Shown piece by piece: positions 20,085-25,734 of a stretch of DNA of 25,734 nucleotides. The notes beneath the pieces are model-generated. The model was not told the origin of the DNA. It saw nothing but the letters and a program-made list of their open reading frames with translations, and ran no database searches. The DNA is from Fimicolochytrium jonesii. Lineage: Eukaryota. The translations under genes were made by a program, and so were the position numbers. The stretch's first letter is position 1; each line of letters begins with the position of its first letter. Location of the stretch: assembly GCF_025526975.1 (NCBI RefSeq), contig NW_026515690.1:496001-521734 (forward strand). Direction: 5' to 3'.

Positions 20085-20807
20085 CAGGACTGTTCCCGGT
20101 TATGGGTTATTTTTGGCCATCCAAAAAGTGTCAAATAAAGTTGCTAGCAATGTTCAGGGGCATCTTACAGTAATGTGCCTCAAATTTTGGGGCATGTTTT
20201 CCACTCAATGCCCCAGGAAAATCTGTTTTTCCGATTTTTTACCATGAAAATATTGCCAAAATGCATTTTCTGAAACTCTGAGTGGATGGATTTCGCTTAA
20301 AGTGAGATATGTCTCAGAAAACATCCCAAAAACATCTAGGAACCTTCATCTACTCTAGTATTCATCAACTCCTGGTACTTTTTGTTTCCAGGCAATATGG
20401 GGGTGTTCTCCAGTTGGCAGCAAATGACCCATTTTGGTTTGCTCTCAATTTGCTCCATGTTCAAATCCTTTTAAGGCCCAAATACTTTCTTTTCTTCCAT
20501 TGCTCCTCCTGTTGGTGGAGGATGGCAAATGCCTTTTTGCATTGCAATACATGGATATGACAGGGTGTTTGTCAACCAGCAAATCATGCAAAAAGCATGC
20601 AGTGCATGTCTATTTGCATGCCCTATGTCATCCGTACCACCTTGGACACCCAAGGAAAGGTATGCGGACTCAAAAGAAAATATACTTACGGAAGTGGAAC
20701 CAGGGAGATTCAATGACTATTTAACGAGCTATGGCACACGTAAGTTCCCAGGAGTGGGACTTAGCACAATTTGAGAAAACATATCAGAGGAACTGGAGAA
20801 CACACTC
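20085..20807. mobile_element. Family B copy 3 (723 bp)
   Basis: Colinear with B1 up to GGGACTTAG (20764), then 43 bp not found in B1, then a short TTAGGG tract (20808-20822). Confidence 0.9.
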
Positions 20808-20822
20808 TTAGGGTTAGGGTTA

Positions 20823-20928
20823 CAAGACCCCCTGGGTTGGGTTTTATTTTTGGGTTGCCTGGAACCCTAGGGACTTAGAAATTTTCGAGTTTTTTGGCTT
20901 TTGGGTGTGTTCTACAGTTCAAATTCTT
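20823..20928. mobile_element. Family A copy 4 (106-bp terminal fragment)
   Basis: CAAGAC to CAAATTCTT, followed by a TTAGGG tract at 20929-20985. Confidence 0.9.
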
Positions 20929-20985
20929 TTAGGGTTAGGGTTAGGGTTAGGGTTAGGGTTAGGGTTAGGGTTAGGGTTAGGGTTA

Positions 20986-23400
20986 CAAGACCCCCTGGGT
21001 TGGGTTTTATTATTGGGTTGCCTGGAACCCTAGGGACTTAGAAATTTTCGAGTTTTCTGGCTTTTGGGTGTGTTCTACAGTTCGAATTTTTGACTCTGAG
21101 GGATGTAGTGGCGGGGGGGTGTTGCGCACCTAGGCAAGTCGGGGAGGACTAGGTGTGCAAGGGCAAGTGATGGGTCATATGGGCGGTGGTGCGGGTACGG
21201 GGGGCGGCAGGGGTGCCAATAGGGGGGGGGGGGGTTGATGTAAAGGGGACATATATGTTATATATACGTTATAGGACTTGTGCAAATTGGGATTCTTATA
21301 GTGCCGATCCGGAGTTGGCGTCCTAATTGAAAAGTTGGACCCATATCATATTCTCTAATTGAAGTACTCTCGGATTGGCAATCCGTGCGGAAACGGCTTC
21401 AGAAACTTAGAAAAACGAAATTTTCACGCGACGGGGGGTAAAAAGTTGGAAAATGTGGTGATATCTCAACATCTGGCTGACTATCCAGTGTAGGGCACTT
21501 AATGAAAGTTGATTGTAGCCTATGGTTTGCATAGGCTGATGTGGTAGCAAATCTTGTGTAACCTTGCTTTTGGCTGAAGAACAGGGCCCCTTTTCAATTC
21601 TCAAGTAGTGACCCCCAAGACCTCCTAACAAAAGACACGAGTACGTATGTGCAGGCAAAGGGGTTTGGCTGTGTTCTCCAGTAAACATTTTGTGATTCCG
21701 CTGTGCATCGTAGACTGTTTGTAGGACCCTTGCGGAATGTTATTTACCAAAACTGTTGAACATTTTCCGGTTAAAGCAGTGTTCTACAGTTTGTCCATGC
21801 AGGTGAGAGCACGTGACCTGGGCTTGCTTGCAGGGTACGCAGAGTGAGAGGGTTAGGGTTAGAGATTTCCCAGATCACTTATTAAATTCAGCCAAACTGT
21901 CTCTGTCATGGAACATTTAAAATGGTGGGAAGTAGTATTGCATTTATTGATTTAGAGTACATTGGAAAAGCGCACATTCAGAAAAGGGTTTTGGTGTAAC
22001 GTTATCAACGGCATTCAACAGTACTAAAGGACTTCCGCAAGCATGTCACGGACTTGGTTCTGTCCAAAAGTCGTACGGCACTCAGGGTACCTGGCGCAGC
22101 GGAGACGGAAACGATGCTGACCGCCAATGCTATGAAAAGCTGAGCCTCCACAGTTGGGACATTGAAGCTGATCACGATGCTGATGGAAGAGTTCACGGAT
22201 ATTGCCAATGGGAGCAGCATCAGGCACTTCCCCATCCCCATGACCCCACCAAGCACGAGCAGGATCAATGACGGGTGCAATGCCTTTGAACCATCCGGGA
22301 TTGAAACCAAAAGAGTTGAGAACATCTCGGAAGCGCTGACAGTCTGTCACAGTAGTCTGTCTATTGCGATCTCCTCTGAATAGAACTCTGGTGGCAGCGT
22401 CCATGATGCCATTGATGAGACTGTAGTACTCTTCCACCGGCACAAGCTTCAAGGAGTTTGCGCCCATGTGCTGGAAAATGGTCTCGATCTGGTCCAAATG
22501 GAGATTCAAAACCATCTGTTCTGCTGATTCCAACCTGGCGCACTGAACTCGCACTTCAACTCGCATGCCAGTAATGTGGAGCGGGTGACTGTTGAGCCAT
22601 TGACGTAAACCTCTCAGTGTCTCACTGCGATCCCCAATGCTGGACTTGGTTTGGGGCATTCGCGAAGACAAAGTCGAAGAAGAGGCTTTGAGCGCATGAA
22701 CAAGCTTTGGGTAGCAAGTAACCCGAACATTGGCGTGACCCGCAATGTCAAAGCGGGTGGACCCAAATCCCTCACCAAGGATGGTGAGCATGGGAAAGGT
22801 GGCGCCAACTCCACGTCCATTGTAGCAAACCAAAGGAATGACCCCATGAGTGTTCAACGTCTGACCAATGTCCCATGTGTTCAGTGCAGCATCGGGATGG
22901 TTGCTCACTTCCTGATCAAAGGAATAAGCTGGCAAAGTCCGAATGCGTTGCTTCATTCCATACTGCACAATGCGTACAGAGGGTGACACAGCACCAATGA
23001 TGTCCTGGAACCCAGACATCAACAGATTTTGCCGCCCAGCAATCAATCGTGAGTGATCCGTGCTTTCCCTCACGATGATCGAATGTTCATTGTGAAGTAA
23101 CTCAAGAATCCTTGCCTTTGACTCTGGATTGAATGGAATGCTAATGACACAAGGTCTGCTAGCGATCCGCATCCAACCGGCGAAAGCTTCACTGTCCTTG
23201 ATATGCTGCATCACTCCAGACAGTTCAACCAAGGTGAAGGCACCAAAGAGGGTGGTCAGCTTTGTGGTAGGGAGCGTAAAGGCCATCCAGTCCACATCAA
23301 AGTAGCCAGTACTGCGAAAGACCCCAAACTGCTCATCCTGAGGGGCAGGAGAGTGATGGTGTTCCTCATCTGAAGAGCTTGAGCGAGAAGTTGGCAACTC
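20986..23400 (-). mobile_element. Family A copy 5 (2415 bp, variant subtype)
   Basis: Colinear with A1 but with more substitutions than A2. Truncated inside the ORF's Ser-rich N-terminus. Confidence 0.9.
22024..23400 (-). pseudogene. Family A ORF, 5'-truncated by telomere repeats
   Basis: Frame is open and all motifs are retained, but the first ~64 codons including the ATG are replaced by telomere repeat. Confidence 0.85.
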
Positions 23401-23449
23401 TTAGGGGTTAGGGTTAGGGTTAGGGTTAGGGTTAGGGTTAGGGTTAGGG

Positions 23450-23490
<41 letters not shown>

Positions 23491-23551
23491 GGTTAGGGTT
23501 AGGGTTAGGGGTTAGGGTTAGGGTTAGGGTTAGGGTTAGGGTTTAGGGTTA
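23401..23551 (+). repeat. Telomeric tract between A5 and B4
   Basis: (TTAGGG)n with TTAGGGG and TTTAGGG variants. Confidence 0.98.
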
Positions 23552-23903
23552 CAGGACTGTTCCCGGTTATGGGTTATTTTTGGCCATCCAAAAAGTGTCA
23601 AATAAAGTTGCTAGCAATGTTCAGGGGCATCTTACTGTAATGTGCTTCAAATCTTGGGGCATGTTTTCCACTCAATGCCCCGGGAAAATCTGTTTTTCCG
23701 ATTTTTTACTATGAAAATATTGCCAAAATGCATTTTCTGAAACTCTGAGTGGATGGATTTCGCTTAAAGTGAGATATGTCTCAGAAAACATCCCCAAAAA
23801 CATCTAGGAACCTTCATCTACTCTAGTATTCATCAACTCCTGGCACTTTTTGTTTCCAGGCAATATGGGGGTGTTCTCCAGTTGGCGGCGAATGACTCAT
23901 TTT
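23552..23903. mobile_element. Family B copy 4 (352 bp), interrupted by an LTR
   Basis: B homology stops at GACTCATTTT, directly before TG at 23904. Confidence 0.88.
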
Positions 23904-24329
23904 TGCTATGATCTCGGGGACGGAGGCGGAAGCGAAGTAGAGAAGACAGGGCGAGAGTGATAGGCGACAAGAGATTTTATTGGCAAAACAAGAAACAAGG
24001 ACTAGAACAGGAGATGAGAAGAACTGGTGTTGATCTGCTGGGGAGGAAGGGAACGGACAAAGAGAGGCCGGCTATTTATAGATAGGCAACCCAGCAGATC
24101 AGAGAACTACAACAACAAGAGGGGACTGGGGGGGCATCAGCTATGCTCCTAGAGCGTGCGTGGCGAGCGTAGAGAGCATTGCTACAGCTGCTGGCTATGG
24201 GGAAGTAGTGGGGGGTGTGGAGAAGCCGAGGGGGGGATTGGCGAAATGAGAGGAGAGAGGAGGAGTGGCGATATTGCAAGAGGATTGGCAAAATGAGAGG
24301 AGAGAGGGGGAGTGGCATTGACATTGACA
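23904..24329 (-). mobile_element. Single LTR of an LTR retrotransposon, 426 bp
   Basis: Minus strand reads TGTCAATG...CATAGCA (TG..CA with imperfect inverted ends). U3-like 34-bp direct repeat (24236-24269 and 24283-24316), TATAAATA (24073-24080) and AATAAA (23976-23981) occur in canonical order. Confidence 0.75.
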
Positions 24330-24382
24330 GGGTAGGGTTAGGGTTAGGGTTAGGGTTAGGGTTAGGGTTAGGGTTAGGGTTA
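24329..24382 (+). repeat. Telomeric tract after the LTR
   Basis: AGGGTAGGG followed by (TTAGGG)n. Confidence 0.98.
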
Positions 24383-24957
24383 CAAGACCCCCTGGGTTGG
24401 GTTTTATTATTGGGTTGCCTGGAACCCTAGGGACTTAGAAATTTTCGAGTTTTCTGGCTTTTGGGTGTGTTCTACAGTTCGAATTTTTGACTCTGAGGGA
24501 GGTAGTGGCGGGGGGTATTGCGCACCTAGGCAAGTCGGGGAGGACTAGGTGTGCAAGGGCAAGTGATGGGTCATATGGGCGGTGGTGCGGGTACGGGGGG
24601 GGGGGGTTGATATAAAGGGGACATATATGTTATATATACGTTATAGGACTTGTGCAAATTGGGATTTTTCTAGTGCCGATCCGGAGTTGGCGTCCTAATT
24701 GAAAAGTTGGCCCCATATCATATTCTCTAATTGAAGTACTCTCGGATTGGCAATCCGTGCGGAAACGGCTTCAGAAACTTAGAAAAACGAAATTTTCACG
24801 CGACGGGGGGTAAAAAGTTGGAAAATGTGGTGATATCTCAACATCTGGCTGACTATCCAGTGTAGGGCACTTAATGAAAGTTGATTGTAGCCTATGGTTT
24901 GCATAGCTGATGTGGTAGCAAATCTTGTGTAACCTTGCTTTTGGCTGAAGAACAGGG
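24383..24957. mobile_element. Family A copy 6 (575 bp, A5-like subtype)
   Basis: CAAGAC to GAAGAACAGGG, with a small deletion between G-runs near 24600. Followed by a TTAGGG tract at 24954-24991. Confidence 0.9.
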
Positions 24958-24991
24958 TTAGGGTTAGGGGTTAGGGTTAGGGTTAGGGTTA

Positions 24992-25245
24992 CAGGACTGT
25001 TCCCGGTTATGGGTTATTTTTGGCCATCCAAAAAGTGTCAAATAAAGTTGCTAGCAATGTTCAGGGGCATCTTACTGTAATGTGCTTCAAATCTTGGGGC
25101 ATGTTTTCCACTCAATGCCCCGGGAAAATCTGTTTTTCCGATTTTTTACTATGAAAATATTGCCAAAATGCATTTTCTGAAACTCTGAGTGGATGGATTT
25201 CGCTTAAAGTGAGATATGTCTCAGAAAACATCCCCAAAAACATCT
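24992..25245. mobile_element. Family B copy 5 (254 bp)
   Basis: CAGGAC to AAAAACATCT, matching B4. Followed by a TTAGGG tract at 25245-25420. Confidence 0.9.
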
Positions 25246-25420
25246 TAGGGTTAGGGTTAGGTTAGGGTTAGGGTTAGGGTTAGGGTTAGGGTTAGGGTTA
25301 GGGTTAGGGTTAGGGTTAGGGTTAGGGTTAGGGTAAGGGTTAGGGTTAGGGTTAGGGTTAGGGTTAGGGTTAGGGTTAGGGTTAGGGTTAGGGTTAGGGT
25401 TAGGGTTAGGGTTAGGGTTA

Positions 25421-25476
25421 CAAGACCCCCTGGGTTGGGTTTTATTTTTGGGTTGCCTGGAACCCTAGGGACTTAG
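25421..25476. mobile_element. Family A copy 7 (56-bp terminal fragment)
   Basis: CAAGAC to GGGACTTAG. Confidence 0.88.
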
Positions 25477-25734
25477 GGTAGGGTTAGGGTTAGGGTTAGG
25501 GTTAGGGTTAGGGTTAGGGTTAGGGTTAGGGTTAGGGTTAGGGTTAGGGTTAGGGTTAGGGTTAGGGTTAGGGTTAGGGTTAGGGTTAGGGTTAGGGTTA
25601 GGGTTAGGGTTAGGGTTAGGGTTAGGGTTAGGGTTAGGGTTAGGGTTAGGGTTAGGGTTAGGGTTAGGGTTAGGGTTAGGGTTAGGGTTAGGGTTAGGGT
25701 TAGGGTTAGGGTTAGGGTGGGTTAGGGGTTAGGG
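25473..25734 (+). repeat. Terminal telomeric (TTAGGG)n array
   Basis: G-rich strand runs 5'->3' to the end of the window, as expected at a right chromosome end. Confidence 0.97.

Noticed and set aside
11112..25734. CRISPR-like repeat/spacer interpretation of the telomere mosaic
   Set aside because: The repeats are variable-length TTAGGG tracts, the intervening pieces are nested fragments of two elements, the context is eukaryotic and there are no cas genes.
11140..25734. Variant telomere units (TTTAGGG, TTAGGGG, TATAGGG, TAAGGG) as a code or pattern
   Set aside because: Sporadic and mostly homopolymer-length changes, which cannot be separated from sequencing error without reads.

Overview
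A eukaryotic chromosome end, most likely fungal (short GT-AG introns, TTAGGG telomere), running from subtelomere to terminal repeat. 1-11111 is subtelomere: a 7-intron ankyrin-repeat gene, a small secreted protein, a Tc1-type MITE, a full-length Tc1/mariner element (DD34E) with one nonsense codon, and a single-pass membrane protein gene. 11112-25734 is a mosaic of 13 TTAGGG tracts separating 12 copies of two related elements, family A (7 copies) and family B (5 copies). All 12 start in the same telomere register (GGGTTA|CA[A/G]GAC), face the same way, and are variably truncated at the distal end and capped by new TTAGGG. No reverse transcriptase is visible. A encodes a 522-aa protein with ordered motifs (DW..FT, D-x-G, Y-x-K, R-x-E-x-R) that recall Rep_trans/inovirus gpII-type rolling-circle nickases, plus a topoisomerase-type C4 zinc ribbon. 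B encodes a clear paralog in the opposite orientation. This is a candidate undescribed telomere-targeting mobile DNA. One B copy also holds a complete LTR joined directly to telomere repeats. The protein family assignment and mechanism are inference from motifs read by eye.
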